Below are positions 15,251-24,024 of a stretch of DNA of 28,562 nt, one piece after another. The notes below the pieces were generated by a model. The model saw nothing but the letters and a program-made list of their open reading frames with translations, was not told the origin of the DNA and did not search any database. The stretch covers positions 1 to 28,562 of the IMG/VR virus record IMGVR_UViG_3300028863_000011. One strand, written 5' to 3'. The DNA is from a virus. Lineage: Duplodnaviria; Caudoviricetes. Within the stretch, counting starts at the first letter, position 1, and each line of letters opens with the position of its first letter. The translations under genes were made by a program, and so were the position numbers.

Positions 15251-16738
15251 GTGACTATCCCTATTAGCAAGAAAGTGCAGGTGCTGCCGGGTGTCGTCCC
15301 GGGTGGCGGCGCGGGCTCCAGCCAGAACGGCCTGGTGGTGACGCAAGACCCTTCCGTGCCGCCCGGCCAGGTGCTCGACCTGACCAGCGCACTAGCTGTG
15401 TCCAACTGGTTCGGCCCCGCCGCGCCGGAAACCACACTGGCCAACAACTATTTCCCGGGCATCGTCAACGGTGGCCAGCTGCCGTTCGATTTGAAGTTCG
15501 TGGGCTACGCGCTGACGGCAGCCCCGGCCGGCGTGTATGGCGCCTCGACGGCGAACCTGACCCTAGCCGCGCTGCAGAGCCTGACCGGCACGCTGATCGT
15601 GACCACGGCCGCGCTGCATACCTCCACGACCATCAACCTGGCCGCGGCCACCAGCTTCGCCAACGCGGCGACGATCATGCTGGCGGCCTTCACCTCGCCC
15701 GACTTCACGATCGCCTACGACGCACAGCGCCAGCGCTTCACGCTGACCACGACGGCCACCGGTCCGACGGCCGTGTGTTCGCCCATCACCGGCACGCTGG
15801 CGACCGCTGTCGGCCTCTCGGCGGGCGTGGGCGCGTTCAATCAGGCGACCGGTGCGGCCGCTGACACGCCCGCCTCGGTGATGAACCGCGCGATCAGCCA
15901 GACGACCAACTGGATGACCTTCACGACCAGCTACGCGGCCGTGATTGCCGACCGTCTGGCCTATGCCGCATGGAATAGCGGGCAGAACTTCCAGTATGCC
16001 TACATGGCCTGGGATACCGAAGCGGCCTCGATCGTGCCAAACAACGCCGTCTCGTTCGGCGCGCAGGTGTTCGCGCAGCCCTATCAGGGCACGGCGCCGC
16101 TCTACGGTGGTGTCGACACGGCCGGCGCCTCGATGGGTTGGGCGGCTTCCATCAACTTCAGTGTTCAGAACGGTCGTACGAACTACGATTCGCGCCAGTT
16201 CGTCGCCGGCACGGCGGCCACGGTGACCGATAAGCCCACCTCCGATGCGCTCGACTCGAACCACTACAGCTATATCGGCGCGTTTGCCAATGCGGCCAAC
16301 AATTTCACCACGTCGGTAAACGGCTACCTGTCCGGCTCGTTCCTGTGGCTCGACACCTACGTCGACCAGATTTATCTCAACCGCCAGATTCAGCTCGCGC
16401 TCTACCAGGCGCTGATCAATTACAACTCGATCCCATACAACCAGGACGGCTACACAGAGCTTTATAGCGCGGTGCGCGACGTGGCCAACCAGGGCGTCGT
16501 CTCGGGCATCATCCGCCAGGGTGTGACGCTGTCGGAGAGCCAGCAGAACCAGGTGGACGCCCAGGCTGGCCGGACCATCAGCACGACGCTGCAGACGCAG
16601 GGCTGGTATTGTCTGTTCGGCGACCCGGCCAACGTTGCGCAGGCACGTCAGAATCGCACCAGCCCGGCGGCTACCTTCTGGTACACAGATGGCGGCTCGA
16701 TTCAGCAGATCACCATCAACTCCACCGCGGTCATTTAA
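15251..16738 (+). CDS. Contractile tail sheath protein (DUF3383-like)
   Basis: MTIPISKKVQVLPGV, VSNWFG..APE, SIPYNQDG and FWYTDGGSIQQI; 495 aa. Confidence 0.88.
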   Translation: MTIPISKKVQVLPGVVPGGGAGSSQNGLVVTQDPSVPPGQVLDLTSALAVSNWFGPAAPETTLANNYFPGIVNGGQLPFDLKFVGYALTAAPAGVYGASTANLTLAALQSLTGTLIVTTAALHTSTTINLAAATSFANAATIMLAAFTSPDFTIAYDAQRQRFTLTTTATGPTAVCSPITGTLATAVGLSAGVGAFNQATGAAADTPASVMNRAISQTTNWMTFTTSYAAVIADRLAYAAWNSGQNFQYAYMAWDTEAASIVPNNAVSFGAQVFAQPYQGTAPLYGGVDTAGASMGWAASINFSVQNGRTNYDSRQFVAGTAATVTDKPTSDALDSNHYSYIGAFANAANNFTTSVNGYLSGSFLWLDTYVDQIYLNRQIQLALYQALINYNSIPYNQDGYTELYSAVRDVANQGVVSGIIRQGVTLSESQQNQVDAQAGRTISTTLQTQGWYCLFGDPANVAQARQNRTSPAATFWYTDGGSIQQITINSTAVI

Positions 16739-16747
16739 GGAACCGAC

Positions 16748-17179
16748 ATGGCAGGCACACTCACTGTTGCTAACTCGGTCCTCGCGATGACGACCGAGGC
16801 GCTATTCCCACAGGCCCAGCGCCTGCAGGGTTACGGCGCGGATGACGCTTTCGACTTTGAAAATGTTGAAAACGGAGAGTATTCGATGGGGATCGACGGC
16901 CAGCTGTCGGCGGGTTTCGTGTTTAACGAAATCCCCCTCGGCATCACCTTGAAGGCGGACAGCGCGTCACTGTCGCTGTTTGAGCAGATTTACCAGTACG
17001 AGGTGACCAACCGCACCAAGCTGGGGCAGAACCTGACCATTACGCTGCCGGCGGTGTCCAAGCGCTACGACCTGACGGGAGGCTTCATGCGTCGATACAA
17101 GGCGCCGAGCGGCAAGAAGATACTGCAGCCTGGTGTGGTGGAGTTCGTATTCGCTCGCCTGACGGTCAGCGCACTGTAA
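16748..17179 (+). CDS. Tail tube protein (DUF3277-like)
   Basis: Follows the sheath; LQGYGADDAF, MGIDGQLSAGFV, ITLKADSAS and KKILQP. Confidence 0.8.
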   Translation: MAGTLTVANSVLAMTTEALFPQAQRLQGYGADDAFDFENVENGEYSMGIDGQLSAGFVFNEIPLGITLKADSASLSLFEQIYQYEVTNRTKLGQNLTITLPAVSKRYDLTGGFMRRYKAPSGKKILQPGVVEFVFARLTVSAL

Positions 17180-17181
17180 CC

Positions 17182-17772
17182 ATGGCAGCGCCCACGGCCG
17201 CTGGTGTGATGTTCACGCATGGCGGCCGTGTGCTGTGGCTCAAGCGTCGCCCGTCTGCAGTACAGGGTGGGCGCTGGGGCTTTCCTGGCGGCACGATCGA
17301 GCAGGGCGAGTCGGCCGAGCAGACCGCGCGGCGCGAGACCAAAGCAGAAATCGGGCTCGATTACACCGGCCCGCTGACACCATTGTTCACAACCAAGGAC
17401 GGCTTTGCGTGTTTCGGTGCGGCGCTACCTGATGCGTTCGTGCCGGATTTGAACGACGAGCATACGGCATCGCGCTGGGCCGGCTTTGACGATCTGCCCG
17501 AGCCGGTCATCCCTTCCACCCTTACAGAGCTAGCCGATATGCCCCTCATCGAAGGCAAGAGCGATAAAGCCCGCTCGGAAAACATCAAGACCGAAATTAA
17601 AGAGGGTGGCAAGGCCCCCAAGCAGGCCGAGGCGATCGCCTACAGCGTACAGCGCAAGGCCGGCGGCAAGGATTCCAAGGGCGCGAAGGACGGCTACGAC
17701 GTGCAGGCCGCACTCATGGCGCTCACGGGCATCGCGGATGGCTACATGGCGCAGGACCGCAAGCGCAAATAA
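17182..17772 (+). CDS. Nudix hydrolase fused to a small basic phage domain
   Basis: Nudix box WGFPGGTIEQGESAEQTARRETKAEIG plus LNDEH..SRW; C-terminal MPLIEGKSDKARSENIKTEI...KQAEAIAYS module. Confidence 0.85.
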   Translation: MAAPTAAGVMFTHGGRVLWLKRRPSAVQGGRWGFPGGTIEQGESAEQTARRETKAEIGLDYTGPLTPLFTTKDGFACFGAALPDAFVPDLNDEHTASRWAGFDDLPEPVIPSTLTELADMPLIEGKSDKARSENIKTEIKEGGKAPKQAEAIAYSVQRKAGGKDSKGAKDGYDVQAALMALTGIADGYMAQDRKRK

Positions 17773-17802
17773 GAAAGGGCCGCGTGAGCGGCCCTTTCGT
17801 TT
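17773..17802. terminator. Bidirectional terminator separating structural and replication modules
   Basis: GAAAGGGCCGC-GTGA-GCGGCCCTTTC inverted repeat. Confidence 0.85.
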
Positions 17803-17819
17803 CGTGTCTGCGAATCTGA

Positions 17820-17996
17820 CTAAAGCTCGAAGTTCGTCAGGGCCAGCAGCAGTGCGACGGTAAAGAGAATGCCTGCGGCCGTGTTGATCGCTCCGCGCGA
17901 CACCCGACCTGAACGCCCGTGCTGGTGCGCAGCGGTAGCCACGTTAAGCATGATCAGGATGAAAAGCGCCCAACGTACCGGTTCCCAGGTAGTCAT
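17820..17996 (-). CDS. Small two-transmembrane protein, 58 aa
   Basis: Read manually: MTTWEPVRWALFILIMLNVATAAHQHGRSGRVSRGAINTAAGILFTVALLLALTNFEL, with GGAGG RBS. Confidence 0.7.
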   Translation of the reverse strand: MTTWEPVRWALFILIMLNVATAAHQHGRSGRVSRGAINTAAGILFTVALLLALTNFEL

Positions 17997-17999
17997 GGC

Positions 18000-18641
18000 T
18001 TAGCCTCCCGCCAGCTGCGTAGCCTTCCAGGCCATCGCCGCACGGTGACGGCTCACCTGCTCGGGCGTGTGGCCGGCGATGTTGGCCGGCACGTCGGCCA
18101 GCTGCATCGTCTCGTTATAGGTCGGGAAGCCGTGCTTGGCGATGAAGTCGCGGCCTTCATTGATATGCGCCAGGCGGTCAGCGCCGTCGAACAGCGCAGC
18201 CATTTCGGCAATCTCCGCACGGGCCTGGCCGCCATTTGACGCCACGGCGGGTTCCGCTTTGAGATTGTCCAGCGGGCTCGTCTGCGGGACGCTAGGCTCG
18301 TCGCCCGTCTCGGTGGCTACCACAATAGCGGCCGCCGACTGCGCGGCCTTCTCGGCCTCAATCTCGGCCTTGGTGCGGCGCTTGCGTTTGGCCGGCTCGG
18401 GAGTGTGGCCGCTGGTAGCGGGCTCAGGCACGCCATCGTCGGGCAGGTTGTCGACGTCACGCAACGCAGTCTCGGCAGCGCGGTCGAATTGGCCAGATTC
18501 GGTTAGGTCTTTCACGAATTGCTCACTGCCACGCAGGGTAATTTCCCCGCAGGTCAGCTCTGCGATGGTGTCACGGCGCACATAGCCCATGGCCTTGAGC
18601 ATGTCGTTCAGTTCATCTAGATTGTTGAAAATCAGTTGCAT
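18000..18641 (-). CDS. Hypothetical protein with basic KRKRRTKAEIE motif
   Basis: 213 aa with GGAG RBS. Confidence 0.8.
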   Translation of the reverse strand: MQLIFNNLDELNDMLKAMGYVRRDTIAELTCGEITLRGSEQFVKDLTESGQFDRAAETALRDVDNLPDDGVPEPATSGHTPEPAKRKRRTKAEIEAEKAAQSAAAIVVATETGDEPSVPQTSPLDNLKAEPAVASNGGQARAEIAEMAALFDGADRLAHINEGRDFIAKHGFPTYNETMQLADVPANIAGHTPEQVSRHRAAMAWKATQLAGG

Positions 18642-18668
18642 GGTGTTCTCCGGTGGTGGGGTGAGGGT

Positions 18669-18959
18669 TTAGCGGGCAGCGCGCTGTGCGCTACGGATGG
18701 ACTGCAGGTTACGCATCTGGACCAGGCGGGCACGATGGCCCGTCTCGTCCTCGCGGATGGCCGCCTGGAGCTTGCCAACGCGCTCCAAGCCCATCTCGTT
18801 CGTGTTGCGCACGGTATAGATGGCCCGGCTGGACGTGCCAAGCAAGGCCGCCGCGCGCTCGATGCCCAGGGCGTCGGTCAAGTCGGTGACCGAAAACAGA
18901 TCCAGCGGCAGGGTGTAATAGTCCTCGGGCTTGCGTTCCGAAGCGGCGGTCTTGGTCAT
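18669..18959 (-). CDS. Putative HTH DNA-binding protein
   Basis: LGIERAAALLGTSSRAIYTVR resembles a helix-turn-helix. Confidence 0.6.
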   Translation of the reverse strand: MTKTAASERKPEDYYTLPLDLFSVTDLTDALGIERAAALLGTSSRAIYTVRNTNEMGLERVGKLQAAIREDETGHRARLVQMRNLQSIRSAQRAAR

Positions 18960-18990
18960 TGTCGGGCGTTCCGTTTGTATATGTGAGCGG

Positions 18991-19020
18991 AGTGTAACGC
19001 TAAACTTGCGGCGCGGTCAA
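18991..19020 (-). promoter_or_regulatory. Sigma70-like promoter
   Basis: Minus strand TTGACC-18 nt-TACACT. Confidence 0.55.
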
Positions 19021-19403
19021 TCCGCGATGCGATAGGCAATGACATCTGCGGTATGGCCGGTATGCTGCCAATAAACAGCACCGGCTGAAATATTCTTAGT
19101 GACGCGACCGCTTCGGTACTGAATATCGACTCGCGTGGACGCTAGTGCGGGCAGGAACGAACCGCCGCGCCAATCGACCCAATGGCCGGCGACGGTCAAT
19201 GTGGGCTTAGCGGCCTTGAGCGCGTCGGGGTGCTGCGCCCATTTGGCATAGCCGGCGAGCTGCTGCCAATCCTCGGCCGAGGCGCCATCGGTAGCCATCG
19301 CCACCAGGCGGCGTGCGATAGCCCGGGCGGCGATCTGTTCGGAAAGGGTCAGCGTGCCCCACTTGGCGCCGGCTTCCAGCGCGTCAATCATGGTGTTGCT
19401 CAT
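19017..19403 (-). CDS. Hypothetical protein
   Basis: 128 aa; C-terminal WVDWRGG..P....RVDIQYRSG...W.H.....DVIAYRI resembles a recurrent small phage domain. Confidence 0.75.
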   Translation of the reverse strand: MSNTMIDALEAGAKWGTLTLSEQIAARAIARRLVAMATDGASAEDWQQLAGYAKWAQHPDALKAAKPTLTVAGHWVDWRGGSFLPALASTRVDIQYRSGRVTKNISAGAVYWQHTGHTADVIAYRIAD

Positions 19404-19518
19404 ATCGGTCTGCCTGTGGTGATTGTGTGGTGAGTGTAATGGATAGTTGGTCTTTACGCCATAGCCGCCAGCACGCGCTGGCAGGCAGCGTCGGGGAGCA
19501 TGATCGGCAGGCTATTCA

Positions 19519-21486
19519 TCAATCCTTTCTCCAGCGCGGCGATACGTAGCCAGCCGCTTCCAATGGCAACCCTGGCGCCCATCTCGGCGCGATGCGCATA
19601 CGCTCCAGCAGTTGCTCCAGGCGCTCGTGGGCACGTTCAATCGGCACTTCCAGCACCATCTGGTCATAGACCTCATGCACGATGTCCTCGACCTTATCGA
19701 CCGACAGCATGATCAGCCAGAACAGGTCGCGGGCAAGCCCTTGCGTCATGTTGTTGGAAAGGATCTTGCGGTCGAGCGTCTCGACGTAGCCCTCGGGCTT
19801 GTCATAGACGGCGATCGGCGCACTCGCACCCGGGTCCAGGTACAGGCGGGCATTGTGGTAGCTGATCGCGCGCCCGCTTGGCAGCTCCATGCGCAATGCG
19901 TGCTGGTCACGCACGAAGGTCACCTCCGAGCACCAGCCACGGCCCACGGGCACGCGCACGCGCTTGCCCGGCTGGTCCAGCGCGATCAGCACGGCGTACT
20001 CAAGCACGGCCCACCAGCGCTCAAAGGCGGGGCGGGCTTCACGCCATTTCCATACGATGTCGGTCACCGCGTCCGGTTCGAGGTGCACGCCGTAGTTCGC
20101 CGCCATCGAGACAAACGCGCCATCCCCGCCGCCGTAAGATAATGCGAGGGAGGCGCATTTTCCTACCTGTCTCTGATCTTTCGTGACATCCGCGTATTCG
20201 ACACCGAAAATACCCACAGCCGACGTTTTGTAAGGATCGCCACCCGCCTCATAGACGGTCAACATTTCCTCGTCATTAGCGAGCCACGGGCTCATGCGCG
20301 CTTCGATGCCGGACAAGTCCGCATCGACCAGCGTGTGGCCCGGCTTGGTAGCGCAGAACAGCGAACGCTGCGCATCGGCCAGGGCAGCTAGGATCGGGCC
20401 CACTTCCGGGCTAGACAGGTAACCGATGTCGTGGCGCTTGCATGCGTCCAGGTAGCGCTCGCAATCCTCGGCCGAGCGGCCAGGGCGCGGACGGGCCACG
20501 TTGAGCAACTGCACGCCGCCGCAGCCGCGCGCGGTGGTGCGACCGGACAGCGCGCCGTGGTAGACAGTCGCGTGACACATGCGGCTGTCCACATGGGCGC
20601 GCAGGATCGCGCCGGCTTTCTTAGGGGCGCGCGAGGCGTCCAGGCGCAGGGCCAACACCTCACGCAGCGCCGCGGGCAGGTCCGGGCGCCCCATCAGGGT
20701 TTTGAGTGTCTCGCGGCCGGCGTCGTCCATATCCTCGCCCATGGTCGCCGCATAGTCCTTGATCTTGCCCACCTCGGTGGTGGACAACAGCCCGCCCTGC
20801 GTGGCCACGGCTAGGTCATAGTTGAGCTGGGCCTCGGCGAAGGCAGTCAAATCCTCCATGGCCTGGGCAGCCTCGACATCGCAGCCGAAGCCACGCATCG
20901 ACACGCGCATGTGTAGCTCAAAGAACTGCTGCTCCAGCGGCGGCAGCGGTACGGTCGCATTCCACAAGCCGAACATCGCATCCGTGTCGATCAGCGCGTA
21001 CTTGTACAGCCGCGCGTACTCCTCCGGGTGCGTTTGGGGCGTGTATTCGGGATGCGCGGCCAGTAGCAGCATGATCGGCTTGGCTTCGGTGTCTTTCTGC
21101 ACCGGCAGCCCCATCGCTTCGCACGCACCGGCCAGCGAGCCCGGCAGGCCGTTGTAGCGTGCACGGGCGGCGCTACAGCGCACCTGTTCAATCTTCAGCT
21201 CGGGCAAATGGGCGTAGCGTGGATCCCGACGCAGCACGTCGTTCCAGATGTGGAAGTCGAACGGTGCGTTGTGGGCTACGAACTCACCACCGCTAGCCAG
21301 GTGCGCTACGATGCGTTGCGGCACGATCTGGCCGGCCTCCCACAGCTCCGCCGCGGGCATGTCGGGGAAGCGCCACGTGAAACAGGTGGCGCGTGTGGAC
21401 GGATCGGCCAAGTAGCGCGCCAGACCAGACACGGCCAGATCGCAGTTACTTGAGGTCTCGAAGTCGAGAAATAGCTGTGTGGTCAT
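19519..21486 (-). CDS. DNA polymerase, family A, with 3'-5' exonuclease
   Basis: ExoI LDFET, ExoII AHNAPFD, ExoIII YALID; motif A DLSGIEAR, motif B RQVGKCASLALSYG, motif C variant EVYDQ. Confidence 0.93.
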   Translation of the reverse strand: MTTQLFLDFETSSNCDLAVSGLARYLADPSTRATCFTWRFPDMPAAELWEAGQIVPQRIVAHLASGGEFVAHNAPFDFHIWNDVLRRDPRYAHLPELKIEQVRCSAARARYNGLPGSLAGACEAMGLPVQKDTEAKPIMLLLAAHPEYTPQTHPEEYARLYKYALIDTDAMFGLWNATVPLPPLEQQFFELHMRVSMRGFGCDVEAAQAMEDLTAFAEAQLNYDLAVATQGGLLSTTEVGKIKDYAATMGEDMDDAGRETLKTLMGRPDLPAALREVLALRLDASRAPKKAGAILRAHVDSRMCHATVYHGALSGRTTARGCGGVQLLNVARPRPGRSAEDCERYLDACKRHDIGYLSSPEVGPILAALADAQRSLFCATKPGHTLVDADLSGIEARMSPWLANDEEMLTVYEAGGDPYKTSAVGIFGVEYADVTKDQRQVGKCASLALSYGGGDGAFVSMAANYGVHLEPDAVTDIVWKWREARPAFERWWAVLEYAVLIALDQPGKRVRVPVGRGWCSEVTFVRDQHALRMELPSGRAISYHNARLYLDPGASAPIAVYDKPEGYVETLDRKILSNNMTQGLARDLFWLIMLSVDKVEDIVHEVYDQMVLEVPIERAHERLEQLLERMRIAPRWAPGLPLEAAGYVSPRWRKD

Positions 21487-21547
21487 GTGGTGGGCTCGGT
21501 GGCGGTCTTTCGTGATTGTAGCGCTTTATTCACGTCTTTGTAGTAGT

Positions 21548-21760
21548 TCATAGCGAGTACATCCACACCACGCGACGAATAGACGGCCCGCGCTCAGGCG
21601 GGTAGTAGGCGCGGCGAGTTAGCGCGCCGCGGCGCCACAGGTCACGTAGATAGGCGCCGGTAAGCCGTGAGTTGCGGTCAAGTTCCGCAGCGATGTCAGC
21701 GGCGGTGCCTGGGCCATCGGCTAGCGCATGTTCGATCTTGTGTCGTAATGAAGCCTTCAC
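21548..21760 (-). CDS. Small winged-HTH protein
   Basis: GTGA-coupled start at 21760; GPGTAADIAAELDRNSRLTGAYLRDLWRRGAL. Confidence 0.65.
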   Translation of the reverse strand: MKASLRHKIEHALADGPGTAADIAAELDRNSRLTGAYLRDLWRRGALTRRAYYPPERGPSIRRVVWMYSL

Positions 21761-21948
21761 TGATCGAGCGCCAGCTCGTCTTCCCACACCCAGTCCACAC
21801 CCCCGCAAAACCACTGGATCAGGTAGATATTAATGGCGGCGTCGCCTTTCCATGGCTCGTATTTGCGGCTATCGCGGACGCACCCGCGCCTGTCGCCGTG
21901 CATCTCTATCACGCGGGCATTCAGTTCGAACTTAAAAGCGCGGGTCAT
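21757..21948 (-). CDS. Hypothetical protein
   Basis: 63 aa with GGAG RBS inside the helicase 3' end. Confidence 0.65.
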   Translation of the reverse strand: MTRAFKFELNARVIEMHGDRRGCVRDSRKYEPWKGDAAINIYLIQWFCGGVDWVWEDELALDQ

Positions 21949-23761
21949 AACGGAAACTCCTTAGATTACCCTCATGGATGAATCGGCATTCCGTAAGGAA
22001 TACCTGACCATTTTCAAACTTTGTAAGGGTAATGTCAACAGGCTGCGGGATCAGTTCACGTTGCAAGACGACGCGGTAAGCCTCGCCCGGCACGTTGCGA
22101 CCGGTGGCCGCCTGAAAGAACTTGCGGGCCTGGGCGTAGAATTTCGGGTCCGCCTGGGTGCGATCGAAGTCCAGGCGCAAGGCGTAGGGGCCAAAGTCGG
22201 TCGTGAAAGCGAAGTTCAGCACGCTGTTACCCTCGGGCACGACGGACATATCGCGCACCTCCAGCTGGCGCGTCAGTTTGCAGGCCTCATCCTTGAGCAC
22301 GACCGAATCCTCATCGTGCAGCTCGTAGGAGTCGCCCTCGCCAAAGATGGACCGCTCGGTCTTCTCGCGGCGCTGGCGCAATGCCAGGAAGCCCTGGCGC
22401 GGCCGGCCGCACTGGCGACAAGTCATGTGCTCGGCGTCGTTTAAATAGCCGCAGGCCTCGGTGTCTTTCTCCATCAGCTCCAGCACCAGGCGCAAGTCCG
22501 GCTCGGGCTGGGTGGGGTTATTGACCGGAAAGCGAATGGACGATTTCTCGCGCATGGCTTTCTGTTTGCCCGCCTGCACGGGCATATGCACGACCTCATC
22601 GGTGCAGCGCCACAGGCCAGCGCGCGAGTCGCCCTCGTCCACGGCGGCATTGATCGGTCCATGCCGAGCGATGTTGCCGCCACCGTCCAGTAGCAGCACG
22701 TTCTCTTTGCCCGGATAAGGTCGAAAGCCGCGCCCCACGATCTGCCGCCACAGCACCAGCGACTTGGTCGGGCGCAGGCATACCAGGCAATCAACGAACT
22801 TGGCGTTGAATCCCGTGGTGAGCATGGCCACGCTGACCACGTGGCGCTGGGCCTTGGCTAGATACGACTCGATACCTTCCACACGTTCGCCGTGCTCCAG
22901 GTCGCCATGGATCAACACGGACGACTCGCCGGCCTCCACCAGCGCGCGGTGAATCATCTGGGCATGCTCGATGTTCACCGCGAACCACATGAAATGCTTG
23001 CGGTCGGTGGCGTTATCGAGTGCTACAGTGACCGCTTCCTTGGTGACCTCCATGGCGCGGCGGGCCAGCTCGGCCTCGCCGAAGTCGCCGCCCTTGGTCT
23101 TGACGCCTGCGGTATCGACCTGCGGGAAGCGAATCGTGGGCGCGACCACCGGTGCCAGGAAGCCCTCGCGCACCAGGCGGTTGTAGTTGCGCCCCGATGT
23201 CAGGTCGTACACCTTCGCGTTGAACAGCCCGCATTGTGTGAGCGGGACGACCTTCTGGCCTTTCATGCAAAAGCCGGTGGCGGTCAGCGCGATGAACCGC
23301 ATGCCCGGGTTGTTGGCGGTCAGTTCGTCGACGATTTTGCGCGCGGTCTTAGCGCCCACGTCGAACCCGTGCGCCTCGTCCACGATCACAAAGTCGATAC
23401 GGCCAAAGCGCTTGGCCTGGCGCGTGACGGACTGAGGCGTGCCAAAGATGATTTGCGACAGGCGGTCTTTCATCTTTAGCCCGGCGCAGTAGACGCCTAC
23501 GCGCGACACCAGCGCCGGGGGTAGATAACCCATGGCCTCGTCGACGTTTTGCTTGACCAGCTCCATGGACGGCGCCAGCACCATCACACGAGCGCCGGGC
23601 CACTGTAGGTTAATTTCCTCGGCTAGCATCGCCGCCAGCAGGGCCTTGCCGCCGCCCGTGACAATCTCGGCGAGTGGGTTGGCGTTACCGGCGACAACGA
23701 GCGCGCCCATGATGGCGCTGCAGGCCTCGGCCTGATACCAGCGCGGGACAAGCTTACCCAT
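21932..23761 (-). CDS. Superfamily 2 DExH helicase (RadD/YejH-like) with Zn ribbon
   Basis: Q motif PRWYQ, VTGGGKA, DEAH, LTAT, LTTGFN, QIVGRGFR, and C-terminal cysteines including CRQCG. Confidence 0.92.
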   Translation of the reverse strand: MGKLVPRWYQAEACSAIMGALVVAGNANPLAEIVTGGGKALLAAMLAEEINLQWPGARVMVLAPSMELVKQNVDEAMGYLPPALVSRVGVYCAGLKMKDRLSQIIFGTPQSVTRQAKRFGRIDFVIVDEAHGFDVGAKTARKIVDELTANNPGMRFIALTATGFCMKGQKVVPLTQCGLFNAKVYDLTSGRNYNRLVREGFLAPVVAPTIRFPQVDTAGVKTKGGDFGEAELARRAMEVTKEAVTVALDNATDRKHFMWFAVNIEHAQMIHRALVEAGESSVLIHGDLEHGERVEGIESYLAKAQRHVVSVAMLTTGFNAKFVDCLVCLRPTKSLVLWRQIVGRGFRPYPGKENVLLLDGGGNIARHGPINAAVDEGDSRAGLWRCTDEVVHMPVQAGKQKAMREKSSIRFPVNNPTQPEPDLRLVLELMEKDTEACGYLNDAEHMTCRQCGRPRQGFLALRQRREKTERSIFGEGDSYELHDEDSVVLKDEACKLTRQLEVRDMSVVPEGNSVLNFAFTTDFGPYALRLDFDRTQADPKFYAQARKFFQAATGRNVPGEAYRVVLQRELIPQPVDITLTKFENGQVFLTECRFIHEGNLRSFRYDPRF

Positions 23762-23820
23762 TGTTTAGCCTTATGTGGTGGATTTCAGGCGGTTAGTTTA
23801 GCGCAATCGGCAGTTTGCGG

Positions 23821-24021
23821 CTAGTGGCGCCACACCGGGTGGCCGTGGTCAACGATCCACCGCACGAAGGGCAAGCCCAGTAGTGTCAGGACGCACACGA
23901 CCAGACACCAGCACGCGATGGCCAGCAGCACTACCGGCCACACGGCGGGGCGTTCGGGGGTGTGGCCCTGCGACATGCGGGCTTCCGCGCGTCGGGTAAA
24001 GTGATTGTCGGGAGTATCCAT
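23821..24021 (-). CDS. Small membrane protein
   Basis: Hydrophobic stretch VWPVVLLAIACWCLVVCVLTLLGLPFV. Confidence 0.6.
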   Translation of the reverse strand: MDTPDNHFTRRAEARMSQGHTPERPAVWPVVLLAIACWCLVVCVLTLLGLPFVRWIVDHGHPVWRH

Positions 24022-24024
24022 GAC

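Noticed and set aside
21452-21462. Near match between the sRNA candidate (TTTGAGACCTC) and the polymerase 5' end (TTCGAGACCTC)
   Set aside because: Same sense as the polymerase mRNA rather than antisense, and only 10 of 11 nt, so probably chance.
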